A DNA stretch of 64,000 nucleotides from a virus. Shown here piece after piece: positions 50,038-58,556 of this stretch. The stretch is from the IMG/VR virus record IMGVR_UViG_3300042557_000098; one strand, given 5' to 3'. Position 1 is the first letter of the stretch. Every line of letters starts with the position of its first letter. The position numbers and the translations under genes are program-made. The notes beneath the pieces were generated by a model. The model was not told the DNA's origin, did no database searches, and saw only the letters and a list, made by a program, of their open reading frames with translations.

Positions 50038-52079
50038 TATGAAAACAATTTATTTCGTTTATATTTATTTCTTGATTGTCCAAACATGTTGTTCCTAGCT
50101 TCAGTGAAAAGTATATTGCCTCTTTTCTTATTAAACATAGAAGCTACTCTTTCATCTGACGTACCACCTATCTTACCCATTATTGGGTCCATCTTTAATG
50201 CTTGTGCTATGGCTAACTCTGCAGCAATGATTCTATCAAAGTTACCTTGATCATTGTATTGAATAATCTCTTCAAGCAATACAGGATCAAATATCTTACT
50301 CACACCCAAGACTTCTCTAATCACTTCACCTGCGTCATTCTTCTCTACAAAGATTGGAGCTTCCATATACTTCTTTAAACAGGTGTGAAGATAGTCAATT
50401 ATCTTCTGACTTGAACGATGAATTCCATAATCTCTTTTTACAGTGGTATTAGGAACAATCTCTTTAAGCCATTCAGGTTGTCTCTCTAGATAGTGAGCAT
50501 CACCTTTTGCCTTCATATATTCAATAAAAGATATATCATCATTCTCACACAAAGTTCTAGCGTTGTAGTATTTAATAAGAAGTCTAGCTTGTTCTTCCCA
50601 AGTTTCTTTCTTATCAGGTCTTGCACAATACGAAGCTACGAACATATCTTGATACTTCTCACCTGAGATTTCATGCATCCTTTTATATATGTATACAGAT
50701 CCAAGTGAACTTGAATATGCAGATTTACCTTGTCTATATGGATCGACTCCTGCTACATACAATCCATAAGGTGGATTATCCACAGGGAATTCATATATAA
50801 CAACAGGTGCTTCTTTTAGGTCTGAGTTCTTTAGAGGGAAGTTAGAGATGGGTAATTTATCTGTAAACTCATGAGCTATCTTCTCTCCATCATTAAACAA
50901 GATAACAGGAGTTCCTGTTCTTTCTTGTTGCAACAATCTAAACTTCTGTCTCTTAGCACTGTCAATATCAAATATATTAGTATCCTCATTTAAGAAAATG
51001 TCATCTACTTCCTGAGGATAGTACATCTTTTCTTTTAGATAGGCTATTCTATCTCCAGCTTTCTTAAGTCTTTCTAAATTATCATTAGTAATCTGTGTTG
51101 CCTTTTCTTCATCACTTACAAGCATTTTTACATTGTGTAAGTCTGAGGTGGATGGTTCATTCAAATATGCTCCTAGTGTAGAATCCTCCTTTGCCTCCAT
51201 TCTATATTTATGGGAGATGAACAATCCATGTATACGTTTGTCATCTTTACTATTATTATATGTAAGGAAGTTAAAGTTGTCTACGTCAAACATCAAGGAC
51301 TTAGCGTCCATGAATTTCTTCATGTCACCACCAGTACCTGTAAGAATTGGAGAACATCCCCAGCCATAGGGTGTAGTGAAACCTGGAATAGCTGCTTGTA
51401 ACCCTCTAAGAAAGTTTCCTTTACCAATTTCATCTATAATTAATTTACGTGGTTTTGTACCTGCAATGGCCTCTTCATTATTACCTTCATCAAGGTTACG
51501 TATTAGAATGGAAGAGAATGGGATACGTTCACCAGACTTGGTCTTTATACCTAGAGTCACTTGGTTCTTCCAGTTGTCCTCAATTCTCTGCCATCTCCAA
51601 TACTCAGGAATGAAATTCAATCCTTTGTCAATCTTATCAGTAATCAGTTTTATATCTGGGGCATTTAAGCCTGCTATGATATTCTGACTGTTTTCATCAA
51701 AGGTTGCACCCCATGCAATATAGGATGCTTCTAAAACTGACTTGGCAAAACGTCTAATACCTAGAATGACTAAGCCCCTCTTTTCTTGTTGAGCTCTGTC
51801 AATTTCATTTGTCACAAGCCATTCATTATCTCTTAAAAAAGGATTGGCATATTTCTGTGCAATCCTTCCTCTTTCATCTATTACATCTACCTCTGTATGC
51901 CATATGTTTAGGTGCCAATACAAAAAGGGGTTGATATAAACACCCCCCATCATAGCTCCATTCAAACATAGCTCTCTGTGAAAGTCAAAGAATGGCTTAC
52001 ACTCCTGAGAGTCTTTGTCAGGAATACGCTTCTGATTTATAAACCAGTCTTTGTAATCTATATTTTGTAGTTCTATCAT
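50037..52079 (-). CDS. terL: 680-aa terminase large subunit
   Basis: Walker A-like LGIRRFAKS, Walker B KLIIDEIG, size, and position upstream of the portal gene. Confidence 0.8.
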   Translation of the reverse strand: MIELQNIDYKDWFINQKRIPDKDSQECKPFFDFHRELCLNGAMMGGVYINPFLYWHLNIWHTEVDVIDERGRIAQKYANPFLRDNEWLVTNEIDRAQQEKRGLVILGIRRFAKSVLEASYIAWGATFDENSQNIIAGLNAPDIKLITDKIDKGLNFIPEYWRWQRIEDNWKNQVTLGIKTKSGERIPFSSILIRNLDEGNNEEAIAGTKPRKLIIDEIGKGNFLRGLQAAIPGFTTPYGWGCSPILTGTGGDMKKFMDAKSLMFDVDNFNFLTYNNSKDDKRIHGLFISHKYRMEAKEDSTLGAYLNEPSTSDLHNVKMLVSDEEKATQITNDNLERLKKAGDRIAYLKEKMYYPQEVDDIFLNEDTNIFDIDSAKRQKFRLLQQERTGTPVILFNDGEKIAHEFTDKLPISNFPLKNSDLKEAPVVIYEFPVDNPPYGLYVAGVDPYRQGKSAYSSSLGSVYIYKRMHEISGEKYQDMFVASYCARPDKKETWEEQARLLIKYYNARTLCENDDISFIEYMKAKGDAHYLERQPEWLKEIVPNTTVKRDYGIHRSSQKIIDYLHTCLKKYMEAPIFVEKNDAGEVIREVLGVSKIFDPVLLEEIIQYNDQGNFDRIIAAELAIAQALKMDPIMGKIGGTSDERVASMFNKKRGNILFTEARNNMFGQSRNKYKRNKLFS

Positions 52080-52408
52080 TTTCTATTTGCTAAGAACTCA
52101 GCAGCAGCTCCTGATAATTCACCTTTTCCTCTCACTTCTACCTTAGCTTCTTCCATGTTTCTTAACTTATCTACCACTTCTACCAATGCTAGGTAGTTTT
52201 TCATTGTCTCTTGGACAAATTTACCTTGAGCTTCAATAGAGGCTATGACCATAGGTAACATGCCTCCTTTAGCTGTAGGTTTCCACTCAATCCTATCTTT
52301 CAATTCATGTAGTGGATTAGCATCAACGTATGCTTTCCAAGACTTTAGCTGTACTTCTGCCCATTCAAGCTCTGTATTTACGTATGTAGTTTTCTTAATA
52401 GTCGCCAT
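52076..52408 (-). CDS. 110-aa hypothetical protein (small terminase or accessory candidate)
   Basis: ORF with an ATG start directly upstream of terL. Confidence 0.55.
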   Translation of the reverse strand: MATIKKTTYVNTELEWAEVQLKSWKAYVDANPLHELKDRIEWKPTAKGGMLPMVIASIEAQGKFVQETMKNYLALVEVVDKLRNMEEAKVEVRGKGELSGAAAEFLANRK

Positions 52409-52679
52409 CTTCTTCCTCCTCCTTCAGGATGTTATCAAGGTCCATACCTTCTTTTATAATCTTTTCTAACTCAGATTCATCTGTGTGAGGCACATCCATC
52501 TCTATCTCACTCTTATATTTGCTTAGAGCAAATGCAAGTTCTTTATCTGTTATACCCCAAATATCGCCATAATCTGCAAGAGCTGTAGCTAAGTGTCTGC
52601 CCAAATTGTATGTAGGGAAGTCTTTATGTAGTTCCTGCAGTATAGATATCACTTCTGTATAGTGAGTCTTTTTACTCAT
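52395..52679 (-). CDS. 94-aa acidic hypothetical protein
   Basis: ORF with an ATG start. Confidence 0.55.
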   Translation of the reverse strand: MSKKTHYTEVISILQELHKDFPTYNLGRHLATALADYGDIWGITDKELAFALSKYKSEIEMDVPHTDESELEKIIKEGMDLDNILKEEEEDGDY

Positions 52680-52683
52680 TGTA

Positions 52684-52941
52684 TTATATTAACTGGTTTA
52701 TATCGTCATCTGTTAGTTTGCTTGGACCAATCTCCAAGTCTAACTCATCTATCTCTCCAAAATTCTTTTTTCCTTCTTCTGTCATATAGTCTTTTGTAAA
52801 TACTATTGCCATACTATCAAAGTCAGTACCTGGCTTTCCAGCTATGTCAATATAATCTATTCCCTGATTATAAAGGCTAACTAACGTCTCAATCAGAACG
52901 TCCAGTGGAATCTTCTGAATCTTCACTTCCTTGTTTTCCAT
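52684..52941 (-). CDS. 85-aa hypothetical protein
   Basis: ORF with an ATG start; overlaps the upstream ORF by about 50 nt. Confidence 0.5.
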   Translation of the reverse strand: MENKEVKIQKIPLDVLIETLVSLYNQGIDYIDIAGKPGTDFDSMAIVFTKDYMTEEGKKNFGEIDELDLEIGPSKLTDDDINQLI

Positions 52942-53236
52942 ATACTGTTTGTATTAATTGTTCTTCTTCCTCTCTTGATTCCATCTCTGCCACCCACTTT
53001 TCTATAGGGCAAGCACAAGATAAACACCTAGTTTTTGCTGATAGAACGCACCCACAATGTGTACAATGCTTATCAAACCTTCGAGGTTTCTTAGGTCTGT
53101 TCTCAGAACACCATTCACAGGTATCACAAATAGCCATACGTTGTTGGCTAATTTCCCTGATGCGTTCCTTCATGTCATTAGCTGGAAACAGATTATTCTT
53201 CCAGCCCTCGTAAATCTGAGAGAAGTTGATCTTCAT
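52889..53236 (-). CDS. 115-aa Zn-ribbon protein (CDTCEWC ... CTHCGC ... CLSCAC) with an acidic tail
   Basis: Three Cys pairs with zinc-ribbon spacing; ATG start. Confidence 0.6.
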   Translation of the reverse strand: MKINFSQIYEGWKNNLFPANDMKERIREISQQRMAICDTCEWCSENRPKKPRRFDKHCTHCGCVLSAKTRCLSCACPIEKWVAEMESREEEEQLIQTVYGKQGSEDSEDSTGRSD

Positions 53237-53579
53237 ATGTAATTTTACTTTTTAGTAAGTTGATCAGAGCTTCTGTTTTTTCTAGTGTCACCTGAGAGGA
53301 ACGTTTCTTTTGTTCTGAGGTTTCAGCACTGGCTAGGAACTCAAGCATTAGGTTTTTCTTCCTAGTCAAGTCTTCTAGACGTTTCTTGGCTTTCTTCTCA
53401 TTGAAATAAAACTTCCCAAACCCAGAGATTTCAATACTGTTATTTGTGTCCATCGCCTCGTTGGCAGATTGAAACTGGTGGTTTATCACTGTCTCAATCG
53501 TTTTCTCAGAAATCATCATCTTCACAGCAAGGGTCCTAACTAGGTAGTCCTTGACAGACATACTTATAGGCTTATCCAT
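53193..53579 (-). CDS. 128-aa HU/IHF-like (DNABII-like) DNA-binding protein. The N-terminal helices and SGFGKF turn are conserved; the beta-arm is replaced
   Basis: ISEKTIETVINHQFQSANEAMDTNNSIEISGFGKFYFNEKKAK aligns with the HU core [43 protein letters not shown]. Confidence 0.55.
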   Translation of the reverse strand: MDKPISMSVKDYLVRTLAVKMMISEKTIETVINHQFQSANEAMDTNNSIEISGFGKFYFNEKKAKKRLEDLTRKKNLMLEFLASAETSEQKKRSSQVTLEKTEALINLLKSKITYEDQLLSDLRGLEE

Positions 53580-53922
53580 GTGCTAAAGTTATTTGCAATA
53601 CAATATTCTTTTCGAAGTTTAGCAAGATGATGGGATTAACCTTCACCTTTGTCCCATCCTTTACAAATATCCCCATCTTCTTTAGTTTGGAGATAATGTT
53701 ATTTATGGCTGGAGATGTACTGTCGTATCTTTCACAAAACTCCTTACGTATATTAGCATAAGAGATGTTTCCTTTTATGGCAGCAAAGGCTATCAATTGT
53801 ATTTCCCTCTTGGTAAGCTTCAAGTCATTCACAGCTGACAGTATTCTATAATACTTCTCAGCCATAGGAATGACGTCTTCCACTGAAGTCTTTAGTCGTT
53901 GTACAATTGGTTTTGCTTCCAT
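53572..53922 (-). CDS. 116-aa putative HTH DNA-binding protein, trimmed to the ATG at 53922
   Basis: The ORF-track start at 53937 is TTG. The ATG at 53922 lies 12 nt downstream of a perfect TTTG-N19-TACCTTTG promoter. Confidence 0.55.
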   Translation of the reverse strand: MEAKPIVQRLKTSVEDVIPMAEKYYRILSAVNDLKLTKREIQLIAFAAIKGNISYANIRKEFCERYDSTSPAINNIISKLKKMGIFVKDGTKVKVNPIILLNFEKNIVLQITLAHG

Positions 53923-53934
53923 AATTAGTTGATA

Positions 53935-53965
53935 CAAAGGTATGTATATCTGGACGATCTACAAA
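53935..53965 (-). promoter_or_regulatory. Bacteroidetes-type sigma-A promoter: TTTG-N19-TACCTTTG, 12 nt upstream of the ATG at 53922
   Basis: Exact match to the Bacteroides/Flavobacterium consensus TTTG-N19-21-TAnnTTTG. Confidence 0.55.
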
Positions 53966-54000
53966 TAACTATTTTAGTTATTATAAAAGTTAATGCTATA

Positions 54001-54243
54001 TTATGCATCAAATCTCCTGAAGATCATTAAAAAGGTAAATAATAACAGACCTATCCTAAGCTCTTGCTCTAGTCCTCCATCTGTCAGCTCATAGTTTCTA
54101 TTGCTGATCCCTAGCTCAAAGTTGTTGTAATTCTTAGGTAGGAATTCTATCCCTACTTCCCATTCCTCAAAGTGCATAAATCCCCATATCACTACAATCA
54201 CACTCAAGAGACCAACAATACAACCAAGTAATAATACTACCAT
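54001..54243 (-). CDS. 80-aa membrane protein with two predicted TM helices; first gene of the minus-strand block
   Basis: Hydrophobic N- and C-terminal segments; ATG start. Confidence 0.55.
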   Translation of the reverse strand: MVVLLLGCIVGLLSVIVVIWGFMHFEEWEVGIEFLPKNYNNFELGISNRNYELTDGGLEQELRIGLLLFTFLMIFRRFDA

Positions 54244-54555
54244 ATGTCTAAGCTTTAATTAATAGAGAGGTATTAGATGGGGCCCCCCCTAAATCCCCCC
54301 CAAAGATACAGGTAAATATTCTTACCCACCAAATTTATTTTTGTAAAGCTATCCCTTGACTAAACATCCCCTAGGGTAAAGCTATAGCTTGACAATGTTC
54401 CACATGGAACATACCCCTGCTTTGATCCCCAAAATTTTCCCAGCCCAAAACCTTTTGTGTCCATGGGAGGATAGGGTACTTCCAGCTTGCCACCCCTCCT
54501 ACAATTGGGGGATCGACACATCCCCCCTATTAATTAACAGCCTAAAACGAAAAAC

Positions 54556-54963
54556 ATGGCACTAATGTACAAAGAGTTTGTTAGCACTCCTAAGCTAACT
54601 GAATTGGGAACAGTTGCAAGTCTTCACGCAGGTGGAAGCGTTAAGTTTTGTCCAGGTACTATCAGCAGGTTCAATGATGGTGTCATCAAAGCAATGTCAA
54701 TGGTATTAACACTAAAAGATGGTACAAGCACCACTTGTCCATTAAGTAAGAGAGTTAGCTTGACTGTGAAGAACGCTCTTGATAATGGGGCACCTAAAAG
54801 AGACGTGATTGCTGCCATCTTGAAGCTTAACATTTGTGAAAGCCTTGATGGTAAGATCACTACAATCTGTGCACCAGTTGGTAAAGGTGGTGAAGAAGAA
54901 GAATTTGTAATTGATAGCACTGCTAAGCAAGCTGTTAGTTACGAAGAGCTAGCTGCTTACTAG
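54556..54963 (+). CDS. 135-aa hypothetical early protein; first plus-strand gene, with its own strong terminator
   Basis: ATG start; followed 5 nt later by a GC hairpin plus T6. Confidence 0.65.
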   Translation: MALMYKEFVSTPKLTELGTVASLHAGGSVKFCPGTISRFNDGVIKAMSMVLTLKDGTSTTCPLSKRVSLTVKNALDNGAPKRDVIAAILKLNICESLDGKITTICAPVGKGGEEEEFVIDSTAKQAVSYEELAAY

Positions 54964-54967
54964 CATT

Positions 54968-54992
54968 AAGGGGGCCTCGTGCCCCCTTTTTT
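54968..54992 (+). terminator. Intrinsic terminator AAGGGGGC-ctcgt-GCCCCCTT followed by TTTTTT
   Basis: Perfect 8-bp GC-rich stem, 5-nt loop and T6, lying 5 nt after the 54556..54963 stop. Confidence 0.8.
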
Positions 54993-55173
54993 ATACAACA
55001 TCAAGACTTCAGACAATATAACACACTGATAATCAATATATTTCGTGTGAATGTTTGAAGAGGTGTGTGCTTAATCACCACTTATTGCCACATATTCACA
55101 ACACATTAATAACAGCTATACAATACAATATATATAGCATTAACATACACTAACTAACACAAAACACACGATT

Positions 55174-55395
55174 ATGAAACTAATCAAACATCTCATTAAC
55201 ATTATGTTCCTATGGAGCATACCTTTCATTCTATTAGGTTTCTTAAACCTGCTTACGTGGTTCTCATTCAGCTATACAGCTGCTGTGACCTCTAATGTAT
55301 GGATAGTTGTAATGTTCTTCTATTGTCTTATGGCTTCCATATTATATGTGGTGGCTTCTGGCGAAGTGGACGATATGTCAATCCTTAAACCATAA
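55174..55395 (+). CDS. 73-aa membrane protein
   Basis: Two hydrophobic helices; preceded by the TAACATACACTAA...AAACACACGAT motif. Confidence 0.6.
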   Translation: MKLIKHLINIMFLWSIPFILLGFLNLLTWFSFSYTAAVTSNVWIVVMFFYCLMASILYVVASGEVDDMSILKP

Positions 55396-55699
55396 TACAA
55401 TGAACGAATTACCTGACTTTATAACAATACAATATTAGTGGTTAGTTTGTGTGAGATATATAGGACTCTGCTTCCCCTAGCAGGGTCCTTATATTAACAA
55501 ACTGAAGAAATTCCCACACACTCACATATTAATCACCTTGGACCATTGCCTCGTGGTTGGGTTAGACATAGCTTTCCTGATATTCAATTGAGTGTATGTA
55601 TGGGTAGGTTTTGATTTTATGTTGATAAGGAAAGCAGGGGGGCTTATAGTTGTGCCAGAACAACTACATTTTTACTAACATACACTAAAAACACACGAT

Positions 55700-56269
55700 A
55701 TGTTTACATTAGCCAAGCTTGTGTTCAAATCATATATGCCTAGACAACTAGAGAAAGGCATGTGGTTTGTATCAAAGCAAAAGGATGTGGTTTATGGACA
55801 GATATATGAATATCTACAGCTCCATGAACTAACACACATACCACAAGATATGGAAAGCTACATTGCTTTCAATGGTGCACCAGTTGAACCATACATTGTT
55901 ATGCCAACACAGAATAAGGATGATAAAGAAGAAATCCTTGCAACACCTGACCAAATAGGTTGGTGGGACCAAGGTGATACTTCTGATGACTTGGAAGACC
56001 TCACAGTTCAAATCATTAATGCCTATGTTTATGGTGAAGATGGTGAGAATGGTGATATAGCATTAGAAGTATTTGACTCTGAAGATGAAGAAGGTATACA
56101 TAGAAATGTAGTCTTCTTTCATAATAAGGTGACTATTAGACATGTAAGTTTTGTGGACGAGCACGAGTATGATGATGAAGATGATGAGGATTGGGAGGAT
56201 GATATAGATGAAGATGATCTCACTGAATACGATCCTGAACCAAATGATGCAGACCATGAAACAGAATAA
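55700..56269 (+). CDS. 189-aa protein with an extremely acidic C-terminal half (DNA-mimic-like)
   Basis: ATG start preceded by the same motif; D/E-rich tail EHEYDDEDDEDWEDDIDEDDLTEYDPEPNDADHETE. Confidence 0.65.
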   Translation: MFTLAKLVFKSYMPRQLEKGMWFVSKQKDVVYGQIYEYLQLHELTHIPQDMESYIAFNGAPVEPYIVMPTQNKDDKEEILATPDQIGWWDQGDTSDDLEDLTVQIINAYVYGEDGENGDIALEVFDSEDEEGIHRNVVFFHNKVTIRHVSFVDEHEYDDEDDEDWEDDIDEDDLTEYDPEPNDADHETE

Positions 56270-56468
56270 TATTAACATTCAAAACGAAGTAGCTATGAGA
56301 AATATCTTAGAATTATTTAAAAACAAGCAGAGAACAGAAGAAAGACCCAAAATCACTATAAAAATCAACAAACCATTTACACCTACAGAGCGTGAAAGAT
56401 TCAATCAATGGTGTAAAGAGTTGAATGTCAGTGCATTATGGGATGATAATAAATTAAGGTTAGGTTAA
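56256..56468 (+). CDS. 70-aa hypothetical protein, trimmed to the ATG overlapping the upstream stop
   Basis: The ORF-track start at 56208 lies inside the upstream gene; the in-frame ATG at 56256 gives a short overlap. Confidence 0.45.
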   Translation: MKQNNINIQNEVAMRNILELFKNKQRTEERPKITIKINKPFTPTERERFNQWCKELNVSALWDDNKLRLG

Positions 56469-56487
56469 TGTGTGGTTAGTAAAGCAA

Positions 56488-56516
56488 GAGCCCTGCAGAA
56501 ATGTGGGGCTTTTTTA
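56488..56516 (+). terminator. Candidate intrinsic terminator (GAGCCC ... GGGGCT plus T5) after 56256..56468
   Basis: 5-6 bp GC stem with a 12-nt loop and a T-run. Confidence 0.45.
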
Positions 56517-56539
56517 TTACACATAAAATAGAAGAGCAT

Positions 56540-56941
56540 ATGATATTGAAAGGAAATACAAGAAAGAGAAGGATTAAAAACCCTCCACGTTTGGTGAAAG
56601 AGATTGATTTAAGCGTTGATACTGGTCATATGAGTCATCATAATATACCTTTACCATTGAAGCCTAGAACAGCTTTATCAGCTAAAATAGGTGAAACGTT
56701 AACTAGTCTTGATACAACACCAAAACAAATATTAAGACAGCAACAGGCTGGACCTATTAATAAGAAGCGTAATAAGAAAAGAAAGGAAGCTAGAATTAAA
56801 AGAAAACAGTATTTACTAAACAAAAAAATAAAGCAAAATGAGAAAGAAAGGATCAAACAACTATTCCAAGAAGGAATTAAGAACAATCAAGACAATGATG
56901 ATGGACAACAAAAAGACTGCAAAGCCTATGTCCATGGCTAA
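56540..56941 (+). CDS. 133-aa highly basic protein with a K/R-rich C-terminal half, trimmed to an internal ATG
   Basis: The ORF-track start at 56501 sits inside a terminator hairpin. Composition KKRNKKRKEARIKRKQYLLNKKIKQ. Confidence 0.5.
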   Translation: MILKGNTRKRRIKNPPRLVKEIDLSVDTGHMSHHNIPLPLKPRTALSAKIGETLTSLDTTPKQILRQQQAGPINKKRNKKRKEARIKRKQYLLNKKIKQNEKERIKQLFQEGIKNNQDNDDGQQKDCKAYVHG

Positions 56942-57146
56942 GTTATCAAAGTTTGTAGCTAACAGTCTTAACAGACCAGTTAATGGTGTTTACATTAAAA
57001 TGTTAGACATGGCACCACAACGCACTAGACGTCAACCAGTTATGACAAAGACAGTATCTACAAAGATGCCTCTTAAAAGATCTGTTACGTTTAGAAAGCC
57101 TACAAAGATAGAGATATCTGAGACAGGTATGACATTCTTCTTTTAA
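56926..57146 (+). CDS. About 73-aa basic protein; start uncertain (ORF track gives 56838)
   Basis: Overlaps the upstream ORF in another frame; the ATG at 56926 gives a 16-nt overlap. Confidence 0.4.
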
Positions 57147-57163
57147 CCACTAATACCACACAC

Positions 57164-57403
57164 ATGTCTTACAGCCTAATCTTTAGTGCAAAACCACATT
57201 GCACACATACAATTACAGTGTACGAACCAGACCAACAAGATTCTTCTTATAGAAGAACAATTAATTCTTGTTCTAAACTAATAGATAGTATATTTGCTGT
57301 GAAAGCAAATTATAAACCATCTAAGAGATTACACATCAAAGGACGCAGATATATGTACATCAGCTCTGATGAGTATAAACTTATTAGATTTAAAAACTAT
57401 TGA
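57164..57403 (+). CDS. 79-aa hypothetical early protein
   Basis: ORF with an ATG start. Confidence 0.5.
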   Translation: MSYSLIFSAKPHCTHTITVYEPDQQDSSYRRTINSCSKLIDSIFAVKANYKPSKRLHIKGRRYMYISSDEYKLIRFKNY

Positions 57404-57465
57404 AATGATTTATTTTATTATCTTTGTATTGTTAATTTGGGTATGGGTCATAGTAGAATGGATGA

Positions 57466-57708
57466 ATGCTCCACTCATGGAAGACAATACAAATAAAGAT
57501 GATGATTCTGCAATTAAATCCAATGATACCAATAGTAAGGGTGTCTGATAAAATGGAAGGTTATGCTTTTTTGGTTATAGATTATAGCCAGGAGCATAAC
57601 CTTTTGTTTACATGTGCTATGGACGATGGTGAGATATGGACATTAACAAACAAAGAGATTAGATTCTGTAAGAACATCTCATTAGAAAGATATAATATAA
57701 ATTTATGA
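57466..57708 (+). CDS. 80-aa hypothetical early protein (start uncertain)
   Basis: ORF-track entry. Confidence 0.4.
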   Translation: MLHSWKTIQIKMMILQLNPMIPIVRVSDKMEGYAFLVIDYSQEHNLLFTCAMDDGEIWTLTNKEIRFCKNISLERYNINL

Positions 57709-57792
57709 TTTTATTCTACATTCAATTAGTCTTAGCAGTGATATGCTGGGCATATATGGTAACTTATGTTTATCAACGTTTAAAAGATAAAT

Positions 57793-58059
57793 ATGGCAAA
57801 AAGTAAAGCACAAATAGCAAAGCTCAAAGCTCATTTCTTTATGTCTATAGGTGATGGCACTGTACACACATTATATGATGACAATGATGATAAAACAATA
57901 TTAGCTGCAGGATTTGCATCAGCTATGATGGAAAATACATATTTATATGATGTTATTAGCACAGCGTTTCTTGTATTATTAGAGGATAAAGAGAAATATA
58001 GTTCTAAAAAGAGCAATGACGTGCCTAAAACAGTGAAAAAAGTGGCAAAAAAGAAATAA
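57793..58059 (+). CDS. 88-aa hypothetical early protein with a Lys-rich C-terminus
   Basis: ORF with an ATG start. Confidence 0.5.
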   Translation: MAKSKAQIAKLKAHFFMSIGDGTVHTLYDDNDDKTILAAGFASAMMENTYLYDVISTAFLVLLEDKEKYSSKKSNDVPKTVKKVAKKK

Positions 58060-58216
58060 ATTTCTAATTTAGTGCATTAAATTACACATTATGAATGAAT
58101 ATTTTAGTTATTATGAGAGCTTACACAAGCTTCCTAAGTCTAAGCAAAGATATTATCTATGGGACATGATTAAATGGTGTGTTAAAGAGTATTTTAAAAC
58201 ATACACAAAATAATCA

Positions 58217-58423
58217 ATGGAAACATATATAGCAGCAGCAGATGTAATAGCTAATATCAAAGCATATAGAAACTCTCTAAACTATGATGACCAGTTTGAT
58301 TTTGACATGGAAACAAAGAGAATAAAACTGAGTGATAAGCGTAGAGACACGCTCAAGAACACAATACGTGCTTCAGAGTATAGAATGAATAGATATGGTA
58401 TACACAAAGATAAAATTAAATAG
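58217..58423 (+). CDS. 68-aa hypothetical protein
   Basis: ORF with an ATG start; flanked by two ~40-aa unlisted ORFs (58091..58216 and 58425..58544) that fill the gaps. Confidence 0.5.
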   Translation: METYIAAADVIANIKAYRNSLNYDDQFDFDMETKRIKLSDKRRDTLKNTIRASEYRMNRYGIHKDKIK

Positions 58424-58556
58424 TATGAAACTAATAGTTAAAGAAGGATCATATGAAGCTGATACACTTTGGGGTATAATAGTTGCAGTGTTAAGTCATA
58501 GATTTTGGCATCTTAGAAAACATGGTAAATGGATGGACTAACAAAAATAAACGATT

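Noticed and set aside
54244-55700. Possible tRNA or other structured RNA genes in the long noncoding stretches (54244..54555, 54964..55173, 55396..55699, 43737..43926).
   Set aside because: No GTTCRANNC T-loop with a matching acceptor stem or cloverleaf could be built by eye. Hairpins are reported as regulatory or sRNA candidates instead. A tRNAscan run would settle it.
56501-56539. ORF-track start of the basic protein at 56501 (MWGFFITHK...).
   Set aside because: The start codon lies inside the GGGGCT-TTTTT terminator of the upstream gene; the internal ATG at 56540 is more plausible.
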